From an uncultured Actinomycetota bacterium (GTDB lineage Bacteria > Actinomycetota > Actinomycetes > Prado026), in NCBI GenBank assembly GCA_963711005.1, contig CAVQCJ010000002.1, positions 1,243,729-1,307,728 of the forward strand: a stretch of 64,000 nucleotides of DNA. The letters are read 5' to 3'. This document shows, in pieces, positions 39,786 through 48,023 of this stretch. The position numbers and the translations under genes were made by a program. The notes beneath the pieces were generated by a model, which worked only from the letters and a program-made list of their open reading frames with translations, was not told the DNA's origin and did not search any database. Numbering within the stretch: position 1 is the stretch's first letter; each line of letters opens with the position of its first letter.

Positions 39786-41611
39786 GCGCTGCCGCCCGGG
39801 AGCAGGGCTGCCGGCAGGTCGACGGACTTCGCCCGCAGGTACTCACCGAGGCCCTTGCCCTGCGGGTCGACCGCGGTGTTCGCGGCGACGCCCCGGCCGA
39901 GCAGCCCGTGCACGACCACGTTGACGGCCAGCAGGTTGGGCAGCTGGTGCACCTCGACGGTGTGCGCGCGCGTCTCGGGCAGCAGCTCGTGCACGCGCTC
40001 GACTGTGAGGAAGTCGCGCAGCCATGCGTACGCCGGCCCGGTGCGGGCCCAGACGCCGATGTTGGCGTCGCCGCCCTTGTCCCCCGAGCGCGCCCCGAAC
40101 ACCGTCCCGAGCGCCACCCGGACCGTCTCCCCGCCGTCCCCCGCGCCGTCCGCCGGCGTCGTTGCATACGGATCGGGGGTGATAGCCCCCGATCCGTATG
40201 CAACGGCAGCAGGGGGGCTGGGGATCCGGGCGACCTCGACGCCGTCCAGGACGACGCGCTGCTCGACGAGCGCCGCGTCCACGGCGGCCGGCCAGTAGAT
40301 GCCGTAGGGGGTCGGGTCGGACGGCGGTCCGTCCGCGTACAACCCCGGGACCGAGGCCAGCGCCAGCTCGACGGCGGGCGCGGTGAACGCCTTCCCGAGC
40401 GCCTTCGCGTCGCTGCCGCGCACCGTCACCCGCAGCTCGGCCTGGGTGGCGTACTGCGGGACGTACGCGGGCACCCCGTCGGCGGTCACCGGGGTCCGTC
40501 GCAGCAGCTGCACGTCGAGCCCCGCGAACGACCTCAGCACCTCGCGCAGCTGGCTCTCGAGCAGCGCAGCCTTGGCCTCCAGCTCCAGTCCGGTCAGCAC
40601 GAACGTCGCGCTGTTGCGGAACCCGCCGAGGGTGTTCACGGCGACCTTCAGGGTCGGGGGCGGCGGCTCGCCGCGCACGCCGCGCACCGCCACCCGGTCC
40701 GGTCCGACCTGCGTGAGCGACACCGAGTCGAAGCGCGCCGTGACGTCCGGGTTCGGGTACGCCGGCCCGCCGATCTCGTAAAGCAGCTGAGCCGTCACCG
40801 TGCCGACCGACACCAGCCCGCCGCTGCCCGCGTGCTTGGTGATCACCGACGAGCCGTCCTCGGCCACCTCCGCGATCGGGAACCCGACGTGCCCAAGCCC
40901 CGGCACTTCCTCGAAGAACGCGTAGTTCCCGCCGGTGGCCTGCGCGCCGCACTCGATCACGTGCCCGGCCACCACCGCGCCGGCCAGCGCGTCCAGTTCG
41001 CCCGGCGCCCAGCCGTGCCACCACGCCGCCGGGCCCACCACCAGCGCGGCGTCGGTCACCCGCCCCGTGACGACGACGTCCGCGCCCGCCCGAAGGGCGG
41101 CAGCGATCCCGAAGCCGCCGAGATAGGCGTTGGCGGTCAGCGGTGGCATGCCGAGCACGGCGTACGGCTCGCCGGTGTCGGTGTTCCGCAGCACGTCGGC
41201 GCCGCCGGCGATCGCCTCAACCGCGCCGGGATCGGTGAGCCGGGCGAGCAGGTCGTCCCCCTCGACGTACGCGATCCGCGGGGCCAGGCCGAGGCGGACC
41301 GCCAGCTCGGACACCGCGGCCGCGCAACCGGCGGGGTCGAGCCCGCCGGCGTTGGAGACCACCTTGATGCCGCGCTCCAGACAGCGCCCGAGCACCTCCT
41401 CCAGCTGGGTGAGGAAGGTGCGGGCGTACCCGGAGCCGGGGCCGTGCGCCAACCGCTGCCTGGCCAGGAGCAGCATCGTCAGCTCGGCGAGCCAGTCACC
41501 GGTGAGCACGTCGATCGGTCCGCCCTCGACCTGCTCGCGCGCGGCAGCCAGTCGGTCGCCGAAGAAGCCGCTGCAGTTCGCGATCCGCACCGGCCGGCGA
41601 GGCTCAGCCAT
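39782..41611 (-). CDS. AtuA-like acyclic terpene utilisation family protein (DUF1446)
   Basis: 609-aa ORF: VRIANCSGFFGDRLAAAREQVEGGPIDVLTGDWLAELTM is the typical AtuA/DUF1446 N-terminus. The length matches AtuA. Confidence 0.75.
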   Translation of the reverse strand: MAEPRRPVRIANCSGFFGDRLAAAREQVEGGPIDVLTGDWLAELTMLLLARQRLAHGPGSGYARTFLTQLEEVLGRCLERGIKVVSNAGGLDPAGCAAAVSELAVRLGLAPRIAYVEGDDLLARLTDPGAVEAIAGGADVLRNTDTGEPYAVLGMPPLTANAYLGGFGIAAALRAGADVVVTGRVTDAALVVGPAAWWHGWAPGELDALAGAVVAGHVIECGAQATGGNYAFFEEVPGLGHVGFPIAEVAEDGSSVITKHAGSGGLVSVGTVTAQLLYEIGGPAYPNPDVTARFDSVSLTQVGPDRVAVRGVRGEPPPPTLKVAVNTLGGFRNSATFVLTGLELEAKAALLESQLREVLRSFAGLDVQLLRRTPVTADGVPAYVPQYATQAELRVTVRGSDAKALGKAFTAPAVELALASVPGLYADGPPSDPTPYGIYWPAAVDAALVEQRVVLDGVEVARIPSPPAAVAYGSGAITPDPYATTPADGAGDGGETVRVALGTVFGARSGDKGGDANIGVWARTGPAYAWLRDFLTVERVHELLPETRAHTVEVHQLPNLLAVNVVVHGLLGRGVAANTAVDPQGKGLGEYLRAKSVDLPAALLPGGSA

Positions 41612-43847
41612 CCGCCGGCTCCTCGTCGTCAGAGTCCGGCAGCTGCGGCGCGTCCGGCACGGCCAGCGTCACGAGGACGTCGTGCGCATCCACGGCCTGG
41701 CCCACCTCGACCAGGACGGCGTCCACGCTGCCCTCGACCGATGCCGTCACCCGGTGCTCCATCTTCATCGCCTCGAGCACCACCAGCGGCTGGCCGACGG
41801 CGACGACGTCGCCGGGCGCGACGAGGACCGCGGTGACAGTCCCCGGGACAGGCGCGGTCGGGGACGCCGCCGGTCCGCCGGCGACCCCCGAGCCGAACCG
41901 GGGTCGCTCGACCCACTGCGTCGACCACCCACCGCCGTCGACGCAGACCAGTCCGCCGTCCCCGTCAGCGCCGTTGGGACCGTTGGGACCGGTTGCGCCG
42001 TCGCCCGCGTAGAACGCGACGAGACAGCGCCGGCGCACCCCGTCCACCACCGCGTCGACCCCGTCGTCGTCGACGCCGTGCACCCGGACGACGTGCTCGA
42101 CACCGCCGATGTCGACGAGTGCGGAGCCGTCGGCGCCGAGACGGTAGCCCACCTGCACGGTGGACCCGTCAGCGCGTCCGTACGCGATCGTGTCGACGCC
42201 GGCCCGCACGTTGCGCCAACCGGCCGGGACGAACGGCAGCGGCGCCGCCGCACGGCGCTGCCGGACGCCGAACAGCACAGCGGCGACCAGGTGCGCGTCC
42301 TGCACCTCGACCGGGACAGCCGGCGCGACCAGCTCGGGGAACAGGTCGAGGAAGTCTGTCGGGGTGCCCCCGGCCTGGAACGGCGCGGACTCCAGGATCG
42401 CGACCAGCTGGTCGCGGTTGGTCCGGACCCCGTGCACCCGGATGCCGCGCAAGGCCTGGGTCAGGGCGGCCACCGCCTCCTGACGCGTGTTCCCCGCGGC
42501 GATCACCTTGGCCAGCAGGGCGTCGTAGTACGGGGAGACGACTGACCCGGTGGCGACCGTGGTCTCCCAGCGCACCCGTGTGTCCCCGTCGTCGTACTCG
42601 AACAGCAGCACCGGCCCGGTCGATGGCGCATAGCCGGCGCCGGGGTCCTCGGCGTAGAGCCTGGCCTCGACCGCGTGCGAGCGGTCCTGGTGGTCGGCGA
42701 TGTCGGTGTCGTCGAGCTCCCCGTCTTCATCGTCGTCGTCGTCACCATCGACGACGCCGCGGCCCAGCTGCGCGGCCGCGTCGTGCGGCAGCTCGACCAC
42801 GTCCAGGTCGTCCTCCCAGCGGTCGAAGCCGCCGTCCGACAACCCGTGCGGCAAGCCTTGTGCCACGACCAGCTGCGCCTTGACCAGATCCTTGTACGTG
42901 ACCATCTCGGTGACCGCGTGCTCGACCTGCAGCCGCGTGTTCATCTCCAGGAAGAAGAACTGCTGGTGCTCGTCGTCGCCCACCACCAGGAACTCCACCG
43001 TGCCGACCCCGACGTACTGGACCGCCCGGCCCATCGTCACCGCCGCGGCGCACATCGCCCGCAGGGTCGGCATCGCGGTGCCAGGGGACGGCGACTCTTC
43101 GACGATCTTCTGGTGCCGGCGCTGGATCGAGCACTCCCGCTCGAACAGGTGCACCACCGAGCCCTGCTCGTCGCCCAGCAGCTGGATCTCGACGTGCCGC
43201 GCTCCGCGCAGGTAGTGCTCCAGGAACACCGTGCCGTCACCGAACGCCGACGCCGCCTCCCGACGGGCCGAGCGCACCGCCTCCAGCAGGTCGCCCGGCT
43301 CCTCGACCAGCCGCATCCCCCGCCCACCGCCGCCCGCGGAGGCCTTGACCAGCAAGGGGAAGCCCACCTGCTCGCCCGCGGCCGCCCAGCCGGCCTCGTC
43401 CGCGCCCAGCTCCGCGGAAGGCGCCAGCGGAACGCCGGCCGCCGCCGCGACGCGCTTCGCCTCGAGCTTGGACCCGAGCCGCTCGATGGTCGCGGCCGAC
43501 GGCCCGACCCAGACCAGCCCGGCGGCCTGCACGGCGCGGGCGAACCCCGCGCTCTCGGCCAGGAAGCCGTAGCCGGGGTGCACGGCGTCGGCGCCGGTTC
43601 GTCGCGCCGCCGCCAGCAGCTGGTCGATGTCCAGGTACGTCTGCGCGGGGGTCGCGCCGAGCAGCGGGACCGCCAGGTCCGCGTCGGACACGAACGGGAG
43701 CGCGGCGTCCGGCTCGGAGTACACCGCGACGGTGCCCATGCCGAGGTCGCGCGCCGTCCGGAACACCCTGGTCGCGATCTCGCCGCGGTTGGCCACCAGC
43801 AGCCGGCTGATCCGCCGCGGTGGGACGAGGTGGTGGGGAGCGGTCAT
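41604..43847 (-). CDS. biotin-dependent acyl-CoA carboxylase alpha subunit (biotin carboxylase + BCCP)
   Basis: 747 aa starting MTAPHHLV (ATG at complement 43845-43847) within ORF 41604..45473. Motifs: LVANRGEIA, KASAGGGGRGMR, EMNTRLQVEH, and the biotinylation motif LEAMKMEH. Confidence 0.9.
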   Translation of the reverse strand: MTAPHHLVPPRRISRLLVANRGEIATRVFRTARDLGMGTVAVYSEPDAALPFVSDADLAVPLLGATPAQTYLDIDQLLAAARRTGADAVHPGYGFLAESAGFARAVQAAGLVWVGPSAATIERLGSKLEAKRVAAAAGVPLAPSAELGADEAGWAAAGEQVGFPLLVKASAGGGGRGMRLVEEPGDLLEAVRSARREAASAFGDGTVFLEHYLRGARHVEIQLLGDEQGSVVHLFERECSIQRRHQKIVEESPSPGTAMPTLRAMCAAAVTMGRAVQYVGVGTVEFLVVGDDEHQQFFFLEMNTRLQVEHAVTEMVTYKDLVKAQLVVAQGLPHGLSDGGFDRWEDDLDVVELPHDAAAQLGRGVVDGDDDDDEDGELDDTDIADHQDRSHAVEARLYAEDPGAGYAPSTGPVLLFEYDDGDTRVRWETTVATGSVVSPYYDALLAKVIAAGNTRQEAVAALTQALRGIRVHGVRTNRDQLVAILESAPFQAGGTPTDFLDLFPELVAPAVPVEVQDAHLVAAVLFGVRQRRAAAPLPFVPAGWRNVRAGVDTIAYGRADGSTVQVGYRLGADGSALVDIGGVEHVVRVHGVDDDGVDAVVDGVRRRCLVAFYAGDGATGPNGPNGADGDGGLVCVDGGGWSTQWVERPRFGSGVAGGPAASPTAPVPGTVTAVLVAPGDVVAVGQPLVVLEAMKMEHRVTASVEGSVDAVLVEVGQAVDAHDVLVTLAVPDAPQLPDSDDEEPADG

Positions 43848-43855
43848 CGCGGCGC

Positions 43856-45454
43856 TCACATCCGGAAGACGCCGAAGGCCGACGTCCCCTGCACCGGGGC
43901 CTGGTGGCACGCCGCCAGCGCGATGCCGAGCACGGTGCGCGTGTCGCGCGGGTCGACGATGCCGTCGTCCCACAGCCGGCCGGTCGCGAACAGCGCCGTC
44001 GACTCGGCCTCGACCTGGTCCTCGAACGCCTGCCGGGCGGGCGCGAACGCGGCCTCGTCGAACGCGGACCCGTCCGCCGCCGCCTTCTGCCGCGCGACGA
44101 TCTCCAGGACGCCGCCGAGCTGCTTGGGTCCCATCACCGCGATGCGGTGGTTCGGCCAGGTGAAGACGAACCTCGGGTCGTACGCCCGCCCGCTCATCCC
44201 GTAGTTCCCGGCGCCGTACGACGCGCCGACCATGAGCGTCAGGTGCGGCACGGCCGAGTTCGACACGGCGTTGATGAGCTTCGCGCCGTCCTTGATGATC
44301 CCGCCCTGCTCGTAGCGGGTGCCGACCATGAATCCGGTGATGTTCTGCACGAACAGGATCGGCACGTCCATGCGGTTGCACAGCTGGACGAACTGCGCTC
44401 CCTTGTTCGCCTCGGCCGAGAACAGGATGCCGTTGTTGGCGAGCACCCCGACCGGGTACCCGCACAGCTCCCCCCAGCCGGTGACGAGGGTGCTGCCGTA
44501 CAGCGGCTTGAACTCCTCGAACCGGCTCCCGTCGAGCATGCGGGCCAGCACCTCGCGCACCTCGAAGGGCACCCGCACGTCGGCCGACGCGATGCCCAGC
44601 AGGTCGTCGGGGTCGTGCACCGGGGGGTCCGGGCTCGAGGTGCGCGGTCCAGGTCCCTCCGGGCGCCACCCGAGGTGGGCCACGATGTCGCGGCCGATGC
44701 GGATCGTGTCCGGCTCGTCGTCGCCGAGGTAGTCGGCCAGCCCCGAGGTGCGCGCGTGCATCTGCGCGCCGCCGAGCTCCTCCTCGTCCGCGTCCTCGTC
44801 GATCGCCATCTTCACCAGCGGCGGGCCGCCGAGGTACACCCGCGCCGCCGCACGCTGCAGGACGACGTAGTCGCTCATCCCCGGCACGTACGCGCCGCCG
44901 GCCGTCGACGACCCGAACACCATCGTCACGGTCGGCACGCCCTCGGCCGACAGCCGGGTGAGGTTGCGGAACGACTCCCCGCCCGGGACGAAGATGTCGG
45001 CCTGCCGCGGCAGGTCTGCGCCCGCCGACTCGGTGAGGCTCAGCAGCGGGAGCCGGTTGGTCCGGGCGACCTCCATCGCGCGCAGGCCCTTGGCGACCGC
45101 GGTCGGCCCTTGCGCGCCGCCCTTCACCGTGGGGTCGTTCGCGATCACCACGCACTGGGTGCCGCTGACGATCCCGGTACCGGTGACCAGGCCGCCGCCC
45201 AGGGGCTGTTCGGTGCCCCACCCGGCCAGCGGCGACAGCTCGAGGAACGGGGAGTCCCGGTCGAGCAGCAGCCGGATCCGCTCGCGCGGGAGCAGCTTGC
45301 CGCGCTCCCGGAGCCGGGCCACCGAACGGTCGCCACCGCCGGCGGCGACCTGGGTCTGCAGCGCCTCGATCTCGGCCAGCGCCTCGAGCATCGCGGCGCG
45401 GTTGGCGACGTAGCCGGGCGACCCACGGTCGACCCCGGACCCCAGCGGCTGCAC
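43856..45454 (-). CDS. acyl-CoA carboxylase carboxyltransferase (beta) subunit, methylcrotonyl/geranyl-CoA type
   Basis: 532-aa ORF: GSPGYVANRAAMLEAL, RGKLLPRERI, GGAYVPGMSD, GASYGAGNYGM. GTG start at complement 45452-45454. Confidence 0.9.
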   Translation of the reverse strand: MQPLGSGVDRGSPGYVANRAAMLEALAEIEALQTQVAAGGGDRSVARLRERGKLLPRERIRLLLDRDSPFLELSPLAGWGTEQPLGGGLVTGTGIVSGTQCVVIANDPTVKGGAQGPTAVAKGLRAMEVARTNRLPLLSLTESAGADLPRQADIFVPGGESFRNLTRLSAEGVPTVTMVFGSSTAGGAYVPGMSDYVVLQRAAARVYLGGPPLVKMAIDEDADEEELGGAQMHARTSGLADYLGDDEPDTIRIGRDIVAHLGWRPEGPGPRTSSPDPPVHDPDDLLGIASADVRVPFEVREVLARMLDGSRFEEFKPLYGSTLVTGWGELCGYPVGVLANNGILFSAEANKGAQFVQLCNRMDVPILFVQNITGFMVGTRYEQGGIIKDGAKLINAVSNSAVPHLTLMVGASYGAGNYGMSGRAYDPRFVFTWPNHRIAVMGPKQLGGVLEIVARQKAAADGSAFDEAAFAPARQAFEDQVEAESTALFATGRLWDDGIVDPRDTRTVLGIALAACHQAPVQGTSAFGVFRM

Positions 45455-45476
45455 GACTTGACATTAGCGTCAAGTC
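45455..45476. promoter_or_regulatory. perfect palindrome (candidate repressor operator) overlapping a -10-like TAATGT directly upstream of the carboxylase operon start codon
   Basis: gacttgac-attagc-gtcaagtc (8-bp arms, 6-nt spacer). On the minus strand it reads GACTTGACGCTAATGTCAAGTC followed directly by GTG. TAATGT (complement of 45461-45466) ends 6 nt before the GTG, the geometry of a leaderless transcript. Confidence 0.45.
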
Positions 45477-45562
45477 TGGGCGGGCTGCAGCCGCCGCACG
45501 GGTCTCGATCGAAGGGCGCCACTAGGCTCGGCCCCCGGACCCGAGCGCGGAGGTGGTCGGAC

Positions 45563-45814
45563 GTGGTGCTGGACGAGTGGGTCGCCGCGCTCGCAGGCGA
45601 GCTCGACGTGGACCCCGAGGCCGTCGACCTCCGGCTCCTCCTGGACGTCGCCCGGGACGCCGCGCACAGCGTCGACCGGCCGGCCGCGCCGTTGACCACC
45701 TTCCTGGTCGGCTACGCCGCCGGCCTGCACGGCGGCGGCACCGAGAAGGTCGCGGCTGCCGCGCTGGCCGCGCAGCAGCTGGCTCTGTCGTGGTCGCCGC
45801 CCCCCGCCGAGTGA
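45563..45814 (+). CDS. small DUF6457-like protein commonly found next to molybdopterin genes
   Basis: VVLDEWVAALAGELDVDPEAVDLRLLLDVARDAAHSVDRPAAPLTTFLVGYAAGL... (end of the frame of ORF 43820..45814). GTGA overlap with moeA. Confidence 0.6.
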   Translation: MVLDEWVAALAGELDVDPEAVDLRLLLDVARDAAHSVDRPAAPLTTFLVGYAAGLHGGGTEKVAAAALAAQQLALSWSPPPAE

Positions 45815-46959
45815 GCGTCGGCTGGGACCAGGCCCGCGGGCTGGCCGCGGCGATCCCGGCGCTGGCCGCGGTCACCGTCGCGCTGGACGACGCGGTCGGG
45901 CTGGTCCTCGTCTGCGATGTCGTCGCCATGACCGACCTGCCGCCGGGCACGGTCTCCGCCATGGACGGTTGGGCGTTCGCGGGCGCGCCCCCGTGGACGG
46001 TGGTCGGTGAGGTGAGCGCCGGCGACCGCGCCGCGGAGGCGCTCCGCCCCGGTCAGGCCACCCGCGTCTCCACTGGCGCTCAGCTGCCGGCCGGGTCCGA
46101 CGCCGTGCTCCGCCGCGAGCACGGAGCCGAGCTGGACGGGGTGGTGCACCTGCACGACGGCGCGCACCTGCCACGGGCCGGCCGCGACGTCCGTACGGCC
46201 GGATCGGAGTGCCGCGCGGGCGATGTCGTCGCGACCGCCGGCCAGCTGGTCGTCCCCGCGTTGGTCGGCCTGGCCGCGGCAGCCGGCACCGACACGCTGC
46301 GCGTCACCCGTCGCCCGACCGTCGACCTGCTGGTCATCGGCGACGAGCTGGTCGGCGGCGGGCCCGCGTCGTTCGGCCGGATCCGCGACGCGCTCGGCCC
46401 GATGCTGCGGCCCTGGCTCGCCTCGCTCGGCGCGGTCGTCGGCCACCACCATCGTGTCGCCGACACCGTTCCGGCGCTGCGCGACGCCCTCGAGGCGTCC
46501 ACCGCCGACCTGGTCGTCACCACCGGGTCCACCGCGGCCGGCGCGCGGGACCACCTGCACATGGTCCTCACCGAGGCCGGCGCCCGGATCGACGCTGACG
46601 GCGTCGACGTCCGCCCGGGCCACCCGATGCTGCTCGCCGCGCTCGCCGACGGCCGTCCGCTGGTCGGGCTGCCCGGCAACCCGCTCGCCGCAGTGTCCGG
46701 CGTCGTCACCCTGGTCGGGCCGGCCCTGCGCGCGATGCGCGGACTGCCGCCCGCGGACCGGCGGACGACGCTGCTGGACACCGACGTCCCGGGGCACCCG
46801 CACGACGTACGGCTGGTGCCGGTGCGCGACGGGCACCCGTTGCACTACATCGGCCCGGCGATGCTTCGCGGCCTCGCCCACGCCGAGGCGCTCGTGGCGA
46901 TCCCACCCGGCGGCGCGTCGGCGGGCGCCGAGGTCGAGGTGCTCGACCTGCCTGCTTAG
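45811..46959 (+). CDS. moeA: molybdopterin molybdenumtransferase MoeA
   Basis: 382 aa within ORF 45553..46959: PPGTVSAMDGWA, RVSTGAQLPAGSDAVL, VIGDELV, VVTTGSTAAGARDH, VRPGHPML, LPGNPLAA. Confidence 0.8.
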   Translation: MSVGWDQARGLAAAIPALAAVTVALDDAVGLVLVCDVVAMTDLPPGTVSAMDGWAFAGAPPWTVVGEVSAGDRAAEALRPGQATRVSTGAQLPAGSDAVLRREHGAELDGVVHLHDGAHLPRAGRDVRTAGSECRAGDVVATAGQLVVPALVGLAAAAGTDTLRVTRRPTVDLLVIGDELVGGGPASFGRIRDALGPMLRPWLASLGAVVGHHHRVADTVPALRDALEASTADLVVTTGSTAAGARDHLHMVLTEAGARIDADGVDVRPGHPMLLAALADGRPLVGLPGNPLAAVSGVVTLVGPALRAMRGLPPADRRTTLLDTDVPGHPHDVRLVPVRDGHPLHYIGPAMLRGLAHAEALVAIPPGGASAGAEVEVLDLPA

Positions 46960-46968
46960 GGTGAGCGT

Positions 46969-48000
46969 GTGCACGCGGTCGTGATCAGGGAGGCCGGAGG
47001 TCCGGACGTCCTGACCTGGACCGAGGTCCCAGACCCGGCTCCCCCGGGCCCGGGCGAGGTGCTCGTCCAGGTGGTGGCGACGGCGGTGAACCGCGCCGAC
47101 CTGCTGCAGCGCCAGGGCCACTACCCACCGCCGCCCGGCACGCCGCCGTACCCGGGGCTGGAGTGCTCGGGCACGATCGCCGCGATCGGCCCGGAGGTCG
47201 AGGGCTGGCACGTCGGCGACGAGGTGGTCGCCCTGCTGGGCGGCGGCGGGTACGCCGAGCAGGTCGTCGCGCCGGCCGGGCAGCTGATGCCGTGCCCCGA
47301 GGGCGTCGACCTGGTGTGGGCGGCCGCCCTGCCCGAGGTCACCTGCACGGTCTGGTCGAACGTCTTCATGCTCGCGGGGCTGCGGCACGACGAGACGTTG
47401 CTCGTGCACGGCGGCGGCTCCGGGATCGGGACGATGGCGGTACAGCTGGCGCACGCCGCCGGCTCCCGGGTCGTGGTCACCGCGGGCTCGGCCGCGAAGA
47501 TCGCCCGGTGTCTCGAGCTGGGCGCGCAGGCCGGGATCGACTACCGGAGCGAGGACTTCGTCGCTCGGTGCCGCGAGCTCACCGGCGGGCACGGCGCCGA
47601 CGTCGTGCTCGACAACATGGGCGCGTCGTACCTCAGCCGCAACATCGAGGTGCTCGCGACCAACGGCCGGGTCGTCATCGTCGGGCTGCAGGGCGGCACC
47701 CGCGCGGAGCTGGACCTGGGGGCGTTGATGGCCAAGCGGGCCGCGGTGCTGTCCACGTCGCTGCGGATCCGGCCGCCCGCGGAGAAGGCGGCGATCTGCC
47801 GCTCGGTGGTCGACCACGTGTGGCCCCTGATCGCCAAGGGCGAGGTCCGGCCGGTCGTGGACCGGGTGCTCCCGCTGTCCGAGGCGGCTGCCGCGCACCG
47901 GGTCGTCGAGGCCTCCGAGCACATCGGGAAGGTGGTGCTCGCGAACGGTTCGGCGGCGTTCGGGCCGGCCGCCTGGGCCGCCGGCCAGGCGCACGCCTGA
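46969..48000 (+). CDS. NAD(P)H:quinone oxidoreductase (MDR, zeta-crystallin/PIG3-like)
   Basis: 343-aa ORF: AVNRADLLQRQGHYPPPPG, GLECSG, VHGGGSGIGT, HIGKVVL. Confidence 0.85.
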   Translation: MHAVVIREAGGPDVLTWTEVPDPAPPGPGEVLVQVVATAVNRADLLQRQGHYPPPPGTPPYPGLECSGTIAAIGPEVEGWHVGDEVVALLGGGGYAEQVVAPAGQLMPCPEGVDLVWAAALPEVTCTVWSNVFMLAGLRHDETLLVHGGGSGIGTMAVQLAHAAGSRVVVTAGSAAKIARCLELGAQAGIDYRSEDFVARCRELTGGHGADVVLDNMGASYLSRNIEVLATNGRVVIVGLQGGTRAELDLGALMAKRAAVLSTSLRIRPPAEKAAICRSVVDHVWPLIAKGEVRPVVDRVLPLSEAAAAHRVVEASEHIGKVVLANGSAAFGPAAWAAGQAHA

Positions 48001-48023
48001 CGATCGCTCCAGCGGGACGAGAG

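Noticed and set aside
45458-45463. A perfect TTGACA on the plus strand as a -35 box for DUF6457-moeA.
   Set aside because: No TANNNT-like -10 hexamer lies 16-19 nt downstream. The hexamer is more simply part of the palindrome serving the minus-strand operon.
41604-45473. A single 1289-aa ORF that would fuse the carboxyltransferase region to the biotin carboxylase.
   Set aside because: The N-terminal ~540 aa are an alternative-frame read of the carboxyltransferase gene with no recognisable motifs. The biotin carboxylase begins at MTAPHHLV (complement 43847), 8 nt after the stop of the 532-aa beta subunit, which lies in its own frame.
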